From Utricularia gibba (lineage: Eukaryota > Plantae > Magnoliophyta), in assembly GCA_002189035.1 (NCBI GenBank), contig CM007991.1, forward strand, positions 2,418,001 through 2,482,000: a DNA stretch of 64,000 nt, in the 5' to 3' direction. The notes under the pieces are model-generated. The model had not been told where the DNA came from. It was given only the letters and a program-made list of their open reading frames with translations, and made no database searches. Made by a program: the position numbers and the translations under genes. This document shows, piece by piece, positions 1 to 13,828 of the stretch (positions are counted from its first letter, which is position 1; every line of letters starts with the position of its first letter).

Positions 1-193
1 AAAAGCATTAGAAGTGGCGTTAGCAACACCGAAACCTAATTCAGGAAAGTGAAAAAAAAAATCCATGAAATCCAATGCTTAGAACTGAAAACCGTGAAAT
101 AAACCATATGATCACTATATCCGACATCTCCCCGCTATTCTTCAATCGAAAACCACCAGTAACCGTTAACCCACGGCAAAAAACAAGACTCAC

Positions 194-320
194 CAGCAGA
201 TTCCGCACATTCACACAATTTATAACCAGCTTTCGCAGCACCTCACTCTTGTTCCTTCTATACAGCGTCTTTCGAGAGCTCCCTCCAGACAATCAAACGG
301 ATGAAGAGAAGGAATTCACA
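194..320 (-). other. Probable first (5' UTR) exon of a gene running off the left edge, divergent from PNM1
   Basis: Minus-strand donor CTG|GTGAGT at 194/193, followed by T-rich intron-like sequence to the window edge. It faces the site II cluster at 361-408. No ATG-initiated frame; the upstream boundary is approximate. Confidence 0.35.
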
Positions 321-360
321 GAAAAACCAACCGTGAAGATGCAATAAGGTGAACGTTTAC

Positions 361-408
361 GGCCCATGTTTGGGTATTAATGGGCCGAGCCCAGTTATTT
401 CAGGCCCA
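361..408. promoter_or_regulatory. Cluster of four site II (TGGGCY/RGCCCA, TCP-binding) elements
   Basis: GGCCCA 361-366, TGGGCC 381-386, AGCCCA 388-393, GGCCCA 403-408, about 100-140 bp upstream of the PNM1 ATG. Confidence 0.7.
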
Positions 409-504
409 ACGGCTCACACTCATTCCACGCCGTCATGGGTGTTGGTCTCACCTTCAACAGTACGCTTTCCTTCTTCACTTCAGTTCCTCTTTTTCTGTGT
501 AACA

Positions 505-2109
505 ATGCGGAAGCCCTTGATTTCTCTATTGGCGCACTTACGGCAATGCCTTGGCAGCATCGCCGCAGGTCCCAATTCGTTGAACCGATCGATTTCTACG
601 TATCCGTCCTCTATTCTTTGGAGGGAGCCTCTCCGGTGCGCTGTGTATAAGAATCCCTTCCGCGTTGCTCATACCCAACCCTTCTCCGCCAGCGCAAAGC
701 TTTTGTCTGATAAAGTCTCGGGATCTTCTGGTGGTCAGAATCAGGAGGAAATAGGAGAAGAAGAACATGCGTTGGCGAGGCTTCTTTCTAACGAGCTCTT
801 GCGATCGCCGGAAGCGGAAACTCTCCCGTTGCCCAAAAGACTCGACCTTTCATTTTCTCATGTTACTATTAGGCCCACCTTGCTGCTTGCAACGCTCAAC
901 GTTTCCCCTGATGCGGGTCGTGTGGCGCTTGATTTCCTCACGTGGGTGAAGTCAAGGCCGGGCTTTGTAGCTACGGATGAGGTTTACTCTTACTGGGTAA
1001 GTTATTTTGGGAGAAGGAAGGATTTTAAGGCGATACATGATGTTCTTGTTGATGGCCGTGGAGTCGTTGGGGTGAAATGTTTCGAAGCTTTTGTTGATCG
1101 GTTGGTTCGGGCCGGAAGAGCGAGTGACGCCGTCGCATTATTTGGTAGGATGAAGAAAGATTACGGTTTTAAAAAAGATATGAGCTCTATGAAGTTTATT
1201 GTTTCGAGTCTCTGTGAGCGAGGATACGCCAGCTATGCTGAAAAGATGGTTAAGAGTCTGGCTAATGAGTTCTTTCCTGATGACTACATTTGTGATGCCT
1301 TGATCAGTGGTTGGTGTGTAGATGGTAAGTTAGAGGAGGCTAGAAGATTAGTGAATGAGATGTCCAGGGGAGGCTTCGAGATAAGTACATTTGCATATAA
1401 TTGTCTTCTAGACTGTGTTTGTCGGCTTTGCAGACAGAAAGATTCCTTCCGGCTTGAATCTGAGACGCAGAATCTGTTGATTGAGATGGAAAGAAAGGGT
1501 GTTCCCCGCAATGTGGATACCTTTAATGTGCTGATTACCAACTTATGCAAGATGAGAAAAACAGAGGACGCAATGAAGCTGTTTTCCAGGATGGGGGAAT
1601 GGAGCTGCCATCCCGATGAAACTACATTTATCGTTCTAATTAAGAGTTTGTATCAGGCAGCTCGGACAGGGGAAGGTGATGAGATGATTGATAGGATGAA
1701 ATCCGCTGGCTATGGAGATGCTCTAGATAAGAAGGTGTATTATGAATTTATTCGTATTTTGTGTGGAATTGAAAGATTCTACCATGCTTTGAGAGTTTTT
1801 GAAATGATGAAAAGGGACGGTTGTCAACCTGGGATTAAAACATATGACCTCTTGATGAAAAAACTATGTGCTCATGGACGTTTTAACAAGGCGAATGCAC
1901 TTTACAAGGAAGCTGAGAGCAATGGATTACCTGTTGAGCCAAAGGAATACAGGGTGGATCCTAAGTTTGTTAAAAAGAAAACTGTGGCTGTGAAGAAGGA
2001 AAAGAAAAGGGAAACACTCCCTGAAAAGATGGCCAGGAAGAGAAGACGCCTCAAGAAAATTAGGCTAAGCTACGTGAAGAAACCAAAGCGAACCATGCGT
2101 CGTGCATGA
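505..2109 (+). CDS. PNM1: P-class PPR protein PNM1 (mitochondrial/nuclear, mitoribosome-associated), intronless
   Basis: The ORF track starts at GTG 349; the first in-frame ATG is 505. Motifs YFGRRKDF, DRLVRAGR, FPDDYICDALISGWC, YQAARTGEGDEMIDRMKSAG and the basic C-terminus KRETLPEKMARKRRRLKKIRLSYVKKP match recalled At5g60960. Confidence 0.92.
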   Translation: MRKPLISLLAHLRQCLGSIAAGPNSLNRSISTYPSSILWREPLRCAVYKNPFRVAHTQPFSASAKLLSDKVSGSSGGQNQEEIGEEEHALARLLSNELLRSPEAETLPLPKRLDLSFSHVTIRPTLLLATLNVSPDAGRVALDFLTWVKSRPGFVATDEVYSYWVSYFGRRKDFKAIHDVLVDGRGVVGVKCFEAFVDRLVRAGRASDAVALFGRMKKDYGFKKDMSSMKFIVSSLCERGYASYAEKMVKSLANEFFPDDYICDALISGWCVDGKLEEARRLVNEMSRGGFEISTFAYNCLLDCVCRLCRQKDSFRLESETQNLLIEMERKGVPRNVDTFNVLITNLCKMRKTEDAMKLFSRMGEWSCHPDETTFIVLIKSLYQAARTGEGDEMIDRMKSAGYGDALDKKVYYEFIRILCGIERFYHALRVFEMMKRDGCQPGIKTYDLLMKKLCAHGRFNKANALYKEAESNGLPVEPKEYRVDPKFVKKKTVAVKKEKKRETLPEKMARKRRRLKKIRLSYVKKPKRTMRRA

Positions 2110-2885
2110 CTAACTTGGGAGCTCTCTCCTCCATTCTTTGTTGTTCATGGTATCTCCCTTTTCTTTGTCTTGCTTCAGGCTGATTCAGATACAGAAATTT
2201 GTTTGCATCTGATAAATTGTGAACAAACCCGTTTCATTTTCTTTTTCCTCTTCATCCTAAAACACATGGAAACACCATCAAAAGATACCGATGATTCAAC
2301 ACAAGACATGAGCTTTCGCAAGCTCCCACTTTTGCGTTTTTACGGCTACTCTAGTGTCGCTTGTTGCCTTTGGGTAACAAAGTTGCGACAGTAACTTTCC
2401 GGAGATTCGACCTCGAGACCTATTTGCCTTTGTCGGTAAACCACTCTCTAAAGAAATGGACGGGGGAAACATTTTTACAGAAGAAGCTAGCTGGCTGTGA
2501 ATCTTCATTTATGACTCGTGCTTTGTTTCTGAAGATGAAAGGGGGTTAATATGGAAGGGGGAAGTTTTACGGGAAGGGAAATTAGTAGTGGGTGATGATT
2601 GCAGATGATTCTGGCAGTTAAAGATTACAGTCGGTGGTCCTGTCGCAAATTCAACACGCATAGCTTTAAACACTCGTTCAACTTTTCTTCCAATCGGCGC
2701 CACTGCTGATTCCGTTCCTCCGATTTCATCTCGAGGGTGGGGTTTTGGTGATTCGGTCGGAATTCCTTGGGTCTTCAAATTTCTTGTTTTTGGAGTTAAT
2801 ACATCAACGTCCACATCCAGGTTTGATCCATTCTCGCGGATGCTATTCTTCGCTTCTTGAATCTGGCATTGGTTTTTAGAAGAAT

Positions 2886-4637
2886 ATGCCGCGGCGGGCG
2901 ACCGATTTCCGGCGCCCTGTAAGAAACACTTTCTCTCGTTGGATCTGTCTCCTCGCCCTGTTTCTGATTGCGGGTTTGGTTCTATTTTTCATTCAGCATT
3001 ATCATGATCAGCAACCTAATGTGGAACAGCCTATTATGGTTAGCAAACCCTTGTCTTTTATTCAACTTTATGGCAATTTCTTCTTTCCAAACTTCACCTT
3101 CATCTCGATTTGCTTCGTCTTGGATGTGAAAATAATGCACAGTTGTATGGTAATGGCGTCTCTCAGTGAGTTTTACTTGTTCTTTTTTTAGGAAATTAAT
3201 CGGAGCTTTTATGAGAAAAGAAATCTTACTGAAGAAATATTAAGCCCCAGATCCTATGCCAGGCAACTGGTAGAGCAAATGACTCTTGCCAAAGCTTATG
3301 TTGTTTTGGCGAAGGAGCACAATAATCTGCATCTGGCTTGGGAGCTTAGCTCACAAATAAGAAGTTGCCAGCTTTTGCTGTCGAAGGCTGCAAAGCAAGA
3401 GCAACCTCTATCACTAGATGAAGCGGAACCTGTTATTAGAAGTTTATCATCTCTGATATATAAGGCACAAGATATGCACTATGATGTTGCTACCACACTG
3501 GTAACAATGAAATCACATATTGAGGCTCTGCAGAATCGTGTGAGTGCTGCAACTGTTCAGAGTACGGTGTTTGCACATCTGATTTCGGAATCAGTGACAA
3601 GGAACCTTCACTGTGCTGAAATGAGACTTATGACTCAATGGCTCAATGATGAGTCGCTTCAGGAGGAGGCAGATCGGATAAAAAACTCACCTCGGATTGT
3701 GGATAATAACCTCTACCACTTCTGTGTTTTCTCAGATAACATTCTGGCTGTTTCAGTTGTTGTGAATTCTACAGTTTGGAATGCTGAGCATCCAAAGCAG
3801 CTTGTATTTCACGTCGTAACAAGTGAGATCAAGCATGGGGCAATGCAAGCGTGGTTCATTGGCAATGATTTCAAAGGTGCCACCATTGAAATTCAAAGTA
3901 TTGGAGAACTGAGTTGGCTAAATGCATCTTATTCTCCCGTAGTGAAACAACTCCATGATTCTGTGATTGCAAAATCCTTTTTTGGGGATTCAGAAGGTTC
4001 CAATGACAACCCAAAGTCCAGTGATCCAAAATACATCTCTTTGTTGAATCATCTTCGTTTCTATATCCCTGAGATTTACCCTCAGTTGGAGAGGATTGTC
4101 TTTCTTGATGATGATGTTGTGGTTCAGAAGGATTTGACTCAATTGTTTTCACTGGATCTACATGGGAATGTGAATGGTGCAGTTGAAACTTGTCTTGAGT
4201 CTTTCCACAGGTACTATAAGTATCTCAACTTCTCTAGCCCTCTTATCAGCAGCAAGTTCGATCCCCAGGCATGTGCATGGGCCTTCGGTCTCAACGTTTT
4301 CGATTTGATCGCATGGAGAAAGGAAAACGTGACTGCAAGATACCATTTTTGGCAGGAACAGAACACCAATGGTTCACTTTGGACGCTTGGAACAGTTGCA
4401 CCAGGGCTGCTGTCCTTCTATGGACTGACAGAGGCACTTGACCGGAGATGGCATGTGTTGGGACTGGGATATGATCCCAATATCGATAATCGGTTAATCG
4501 ATACGGGTGCTGTGATTCACTTCAATGGGAATCTAAAGCCGTGGTTGAAGCTGAGCATCGGGCGGTACCGCCATCTATGGGCACAGTATGTGAACCAGAG
4601 CCAGCCTCATCTTCAGAACTGTATGTTAGACATCTGA
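2886..4637 (+). CDS. GAUT11: Galacturonosyltransferase (GT8), GAUT11-like; exons 2886-3038 and 3192-4637
   Basis: N-terminal TM anchor. GT-AG intron 3039-3191 keeps frame. Motifs QMTLAKAYV, DNNLYHFCVFSDN, LNHLRFYIPEIYP, FLDDDVVVQKD and HFNGNLKPW. Confidence 0.93.
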
Positions 4638-5496
4638 AGGAAATTAGTTAGATTATTACTGTTCCTGCCTTCAGGGAAATCCTCATCATATACAATACAA
4701 CTCCCTGGTAAATGAAATATTGACACTTTTCATCGTTTTTTTCCACCTAAACTCTAAAGATTTCATGTTCAGAGAAATTTCCTGGATTACCTTTTTATCT
4801 AGTACAATATTGCGGTTTGTTACTGCTGATTCAGTTGCTGTGACAGAAGATCGCAAGCATCTTATGAATTAAGATGAATTGCATGAACAAATTGCCCCAT
4901 CTCTGTTTTCGCATGACCAGTAAAGACGAGGAACCTGCAACACACGCATTAAGCATTAACACAGGGCCATTGTAAGAAACTAGTGACATCAGTTTCAATA
5001 TTCGTGAACTCATTCCACTTGATTATGGGGTTCATGGAGCTGGCTCAGTCAACATGGCTTGCCTTTCAGACAACACAGCTGTGATTGAAATTCAGGGCGG
5101 ATTGTTGACCAGGCCTTATTCTAGAATTCATTGATAGGAAATGAACCTGAGATACAATGACCACCGAATGAGTTTTAAGGAGATGTTTGCTAGGAAGATA
5201 TCATCTGATAGTGAAGTTTATAGACATCCAGGGGACTTAGAAATGAGTTTCTTGGGTATACGTCTATTTATCTTGATGATCAAGATGAACCCTTGATTTA
5301 AATATGTTCATGAGAGTTCTCCTGGAGCCCTGAGTTACACATGTGGCTATCATCTTTAGTGCGCAGGATGCAGATATTGTAATTTGCACTATTAACCTTT
5401 CGGCTTCCATTATGTAATACGAGAATCCCAAGCGAAGAAATCAATCAACTACTCACTAGCAAATTGTTGGAACTGCCGTTCGTAGAACCTTTTTCT

Positions 5497-6395
5497 TCAA
5501 GTACTACTAGGATGAGGGCTGCTTGCACGTGTAGAATAGTAGTGGGACTCCAACTCCCTTAAGCTAGCACAGGCTTCTTCACCTATTCTCGTCAGTGATG
5601 AGTTTGTCTCATCTGCTAATCTTCTAAGCACCTCTGTTTTTCTATCAATATGTTCATTGAGAGATGCAAATCCAGAGAAGACAGCAGTCTGCTTCAGCTC
5701 AGAGACACGCTTGAGAAGCGAGTCAGCTGCTTGGACCTGTTACACCAGCATTTTGTACCAACCACCGTTATTAGCTACCAGTAAAATCATCAGATGCATG
5801 AGAATGAGAAAAGCTTGCAAGCACAATTAGCATACCAATCGTGCAGCATACATCTCCATCATGAAAGCTTCTTGAAAATTTCTTACTGGTGGATCACTAA
5901 CCTAAAAAGGGTATTGCTATCAGGTGCAGCCATACTTGAAAGAATTAAAATTTTATCAGATGAAGCACGTCTGTTCCCATCCCAGCACACACCAGACACT
6001 TTACAGATGCTACACACCCCACAATCTCCAATCTAATCACATGAAAATTGTAGGAAGCTCAAGACAGAACATCAGACATAACAGAGCTTCCAGCAAGAAA
6101 ACTTGATTCATCGACAAATTTCTAATAGCGATACAAGTCAAATGCCAAGATACGTTTTTCTGGGGCAATGATCTAAAGATGGCATCTTCACCAAATACCC
6201 ACACTACAGCAGGCAGAGGGAACATGAGCATACCCTAGTCGCATTAACCAAGAACTCAAAATTATTGACAAGATTTCCGATGTCATTGGCCACTCTCTGC
6301 AGAAACGATTTCTGCTTTCGAGCCGCCGCTGCGGCTGCGGTGTCTCTCGGTCCACCACCACCATCTCCGCCTATGCCCGCTCCTGCTTTATGCAT
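5497..6395 (-). CDS. MED22: Mediator subunit 22; exons 6395-6234, 5901-5836, 5736-5497
   Basis: Spliced translation ...[20 protein letters not shown]...R|[22 protein letters not shown]|[29 protein letters not shown]...[11 protein letters not shown]...; all junctions are phase-0 GT-AG. Confidence 0.92.
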
Positions 6396-6916
6396 TTCAG
6401 AAATACAAATTTTTGCACCAAATCCCCTTCAAGCTTCGCGAATCAGGTGCATTACCGGGGAGAACTGCAGCCCGATAACTGTTTTTCTGTTTCTTCTTAA
6501 TCTAATTCCTACGCTTGGTTTGGATTTACCAGAAGTCATGAACATTACCCCAAGGAAGGGCAAATCCGTCATACTATTTTGGCAACCGTTCCAAGATTAA
6601 GGTAGCTGGGTGCCGGTGACGCAGTTGTTGACTTCACAAGGAAGATGAAGATTCAGAATCTGTATCGGTGCCGCACTTTCGTGTAACCGACAAACTTTTC
6701 CAGGATGGTGGCGATTACAAAGCAACCAAATAAAACGTATTGGGAAATCAGTCGCCGTCAGCCACCTGCCACAGAATCCCACCAAACAGATTCTTCCTTT
6801 AATTAGCTGAAAATCAGATTTCAAGTTTGATTCTACCTTTTTCTAGGTATCTAACGAAGGCTACTCCTACTACTGTGTCAGGTAAACTTTTTTTGTTTTC
6901 TCTTACTCATTGCTGA

Positions 6917-8934
<2,018 letters not shown>

Positions 8935-9093
8935 CCTCAGGCAGCTCTGAAGTCTAAAAGCCATCACCTGCCTTCTGTTGCTCTTATTTTTATTTGTAAG
9001 AACATTCATTCTCTCAGAGATGCTTATTCACGAAATGAAAACATTAATAAGCGGAAAATGACAAAAGCCGAAAAGGGAACCCATATGAACTAA

Positions 9094-9129
9094 TGGGCTG
9101 GGCCGATGAGGAAATCTAAACTCGGCCCA
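9094..9129. promoter_or_regulatory. Site II elements upstream of NDUFB10
   Basis: TGGGCT 9094-9099, TGGGCC 9099-9104, GGCCCA 9124-9129. Such elements are typical of plant respiratory-chain gene promoters. Confidence 0.6.
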
Positions 9130-9214
9130 TATTTTTGGTGTGCGATATCGAAGTCCGAGTAGGATATGTTCGAGGCATCGGAGCTCGTTTTCTGATTCGA
9201 TTCGATCGGCGAGA

Positions 9215-9624
9215 ATGGGACGGAAGAAGAGCTACACCTTGCCGCACGATGGGCCGCCGGACAATTTCGATCCTGAGAATCCGTACAAGGATCCTGTCGC
9301 GATGCTCGAAATGAGAGAGTATTTGGTGAGGGAGAAGTGGATTGGTATCGAGAAGGCCAAGATTTTGAGGGAGAGAGTCAAGATGTGCTACCGTATTGAG
9401 GGTGTCAACCACCTCCAGAAGTGTCGCCACCTCGTCCAACGTTACCTTGATGCCACTCGCGGCGTTGGATGGGGCAAGGATACCCGCCCCCCTGCTCTTC
9501 ACGGTATCCACTGTCTTCTCCCTGCTTGACTGAATTGTTCCCTTAATTCACCCTGTTTCAGATAAACAAAACAAAATTTGGGATCTTTAATTCAGGGCCT
9601 AAGGTGGAGGAATCTGCTGGGTGA
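9215..9624 (+). CDS. NDUFB10: Complex I subunit NDUFB10/PDSW; exons 9215-9503 and 9596-9624
   Basis: MGRKK...FDPENPYKDPVAMLEMRE...REKWIGIEKAKILRE...CYRIEGVNHLQKCRHLV...GVGWGKD..P..LHG|PKVEESAG*. Confidence 0.93.
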
Positions 9625-10244
9625 CGTTTGCGCCACTTATCGAAGCAATCCAAGGTATATTTATTGCGCTTTGTGTTTTATGTTTCCCCGAAGGAATCTG
9701 ATTATCGGAATGTAGTAGCACCCATACGTGCATCAGCTATCTATGTGGAGACACTTGAATTTGTTTATTCATAGTAGCCGCCTTCTGCAGATATCAAAAT
9801 TCTTCCAGTAGGAAAACCCACTTGGAGAATGTCTGCCTGTTCAATCAGGCTCTCTTGTTGGTTATGGGCTGCTGCTGAGTTAGACCTTCACTCCAAATTT
9901 TTGGTTTTATTCAAGAATCCCAGGTGACTATTATCTCGTGTGTGCCATGTGTAATGCAACCAGATGTAACTTGTGTTCAACTGCACATTATAATAAATGT
10001 CATTGGCATGGAATGGTACCAAGGTTTCGACTACGGTTTGCCTCGGAAACTATGGCATGGTAGCCGATAACTCATCCCCATGTGTAAGTGAAATGCGTAT
10101 TGTCTGCTCATTGTTAAGTGGTTTATACTTAACCGCAAGTCTTGTGCAGCATTGACACACTTTTATGTAGTGCCGTTGCAGATGGTATGGTTAAGCTGAC
10201 CCCATGTTGCTTAACAGGGTTCTCGTATAGTTTAATGAATGCTA

Positions 10245-10876
10245 TTATAAAGATAACCATTGTGTATCTAGTCTAGGTTTGCCTGATTTCAAATATTCAA
10301 GGAAAGTCTTTTGCATTTCGTGTTGAAGCTCAACTGCTAAAAAGCTAGATAGCTGCATGCATCTGAGTTCCACGATCTGATTAGTGATGATCTCTGGCTC
10401 TGTGTCTGTTGCCTTGCTTCTCGTCTCGCATAGTTGCACAATCGAACACGTAGCTTTTAATGGTTTCATGTTACAAATAAGAGCAGCCACCTTCAAGAAT
10501 TTTGCCAAATTTCGACACAGATCAGATGATGGGCAAATTTGAATCGGCATGAACCATTGAAAGCACAGTTGCTTGAAGTGATAAGGCCATTGATATAACA
10601 TGAATTCAGGTCCTTCTCCCCTTCCGACCTGCAGCGTGTGAGGACTGAACTCTGGGCGTGAACCAGGTATCTGTATCAGTCGCCCGCGTGTCTGCGTGTC
10701 ACGGTTCCTGGACTCGGTACCCACGAGTTTCCTCTTTTGCCCTCTCCTTCTCTTGTCAAAAACACAGACAGCAGCATTGCCCGCGCCCCTTCCCCCGGAT
10801 CCCAATCCGAAGAAGTGCGGAAAATGCTTGAGAGCTCCCGACACGGTAGTGTTAAATCCTGATAGTGGTATGCCAT
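10245..10876 (-). other. Unidentified long reading frame; possible two-exon orphan gene (10876-10721, 10628-10245; 179 aa)
   Basis: 200 stop-free codons at 10844-10245 (GTG start). An ATG exon can join it in phase through a 92-nt GT-AG intron, but that intron is GC-rich. No family recognised. Confidence 0.2.
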
Positions 10877-11066
10877 GCCTTGAGTTGGGTTTTACTTGAA
10901 ATCATCTATCTACCCACGAGTCTCCATGATTCTCAATTGAACTCGCGAGTCAAAGCTCTCTGCTTTATATCAAGACTTGAATTTTTTCATTTTATAGCTT
11001 TTTTCTGAGATCCCTAGATTTTGAGGGCGAGCTCAAGGGGACTCGAAAAGAGAGCAGCAGAAAACA

Positions 11067-13163
<2,097 letters not shown>

Positions 13164-13828
13164 CAGCCTGGAAACCGAGCTTCACAATGAAACTAATCCT
13201 AATCAATCCGCCATCATCAGCTAAGGGGCGTTAAGCAACCAGCCGTTTAGTCGTTATCAAAAGAACATCTTGGTGTTTACTGAGCTATCAGTTTTGTTGG
13301 AGTGCCTGGTTTGCCATAAAAATGGCAATTTGTTAACCATATTTTTCTGGCGAAAGATCAACTGTAATAGATGAGTCTGTGAAGCTACTACCAAGGCCAA
13401 TTCTTTTTATGATATTGGAACACAGAGAATGAAGAAAGTCCATCATGGCTGCTGTTCATTTTTGCATCTCATGGTGAAGGCGCAGTTGTGAGGGGAGACT
13501 TCATACTTGTGCAGAACGCACTTGCTTCTTAGTAAAACATACACTATTCGTAAGTCTTAATTCTTGTTCCATTGACATTGCCGCAGACGCTTTCTGATCT
13601 TGGTATCATTCTTGCATTCCTTCTGTATGCTGGATTCGTTGCTCGCAAGTTTGTTAGATAGAAACGTAAGGGTCTGTTCCCATGAAAATGGATAATGGTT
13701 GAAAAGGTGAAGTGATTTGAGCATAAATACTAAAAAACACGGTGGGGGGAAACAGAGATAGGGTTTTAGCCGCCGGCAGCCCTTTGGATTCTCGTAAAAC
13801 CCACAGCCACAACGGTGCCGTAGAAGAT

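Noticed and set aside
349-504. N-terminal extension of the PNM1 ORF from GTG 349
   Set aside because: It runs through the site II promoter cluster. Homology and the transit-like sequence start at ATG 505.
5611-5630. AGAAGATTAGCA on the minus strand, resembling part of U6 snRNA
   Set aside because: Only 12 nt, inside the MED22 coding exon, with no flanking U6 sequence or promoter.
9504-9561. NDUFB10 intron with GTATCCA donor and CCTTAAT, U12-like
   Set aside because: The donor departs from GTATCCTT, and homology requires the acceptor at 9595, too far from that branch-like motif.
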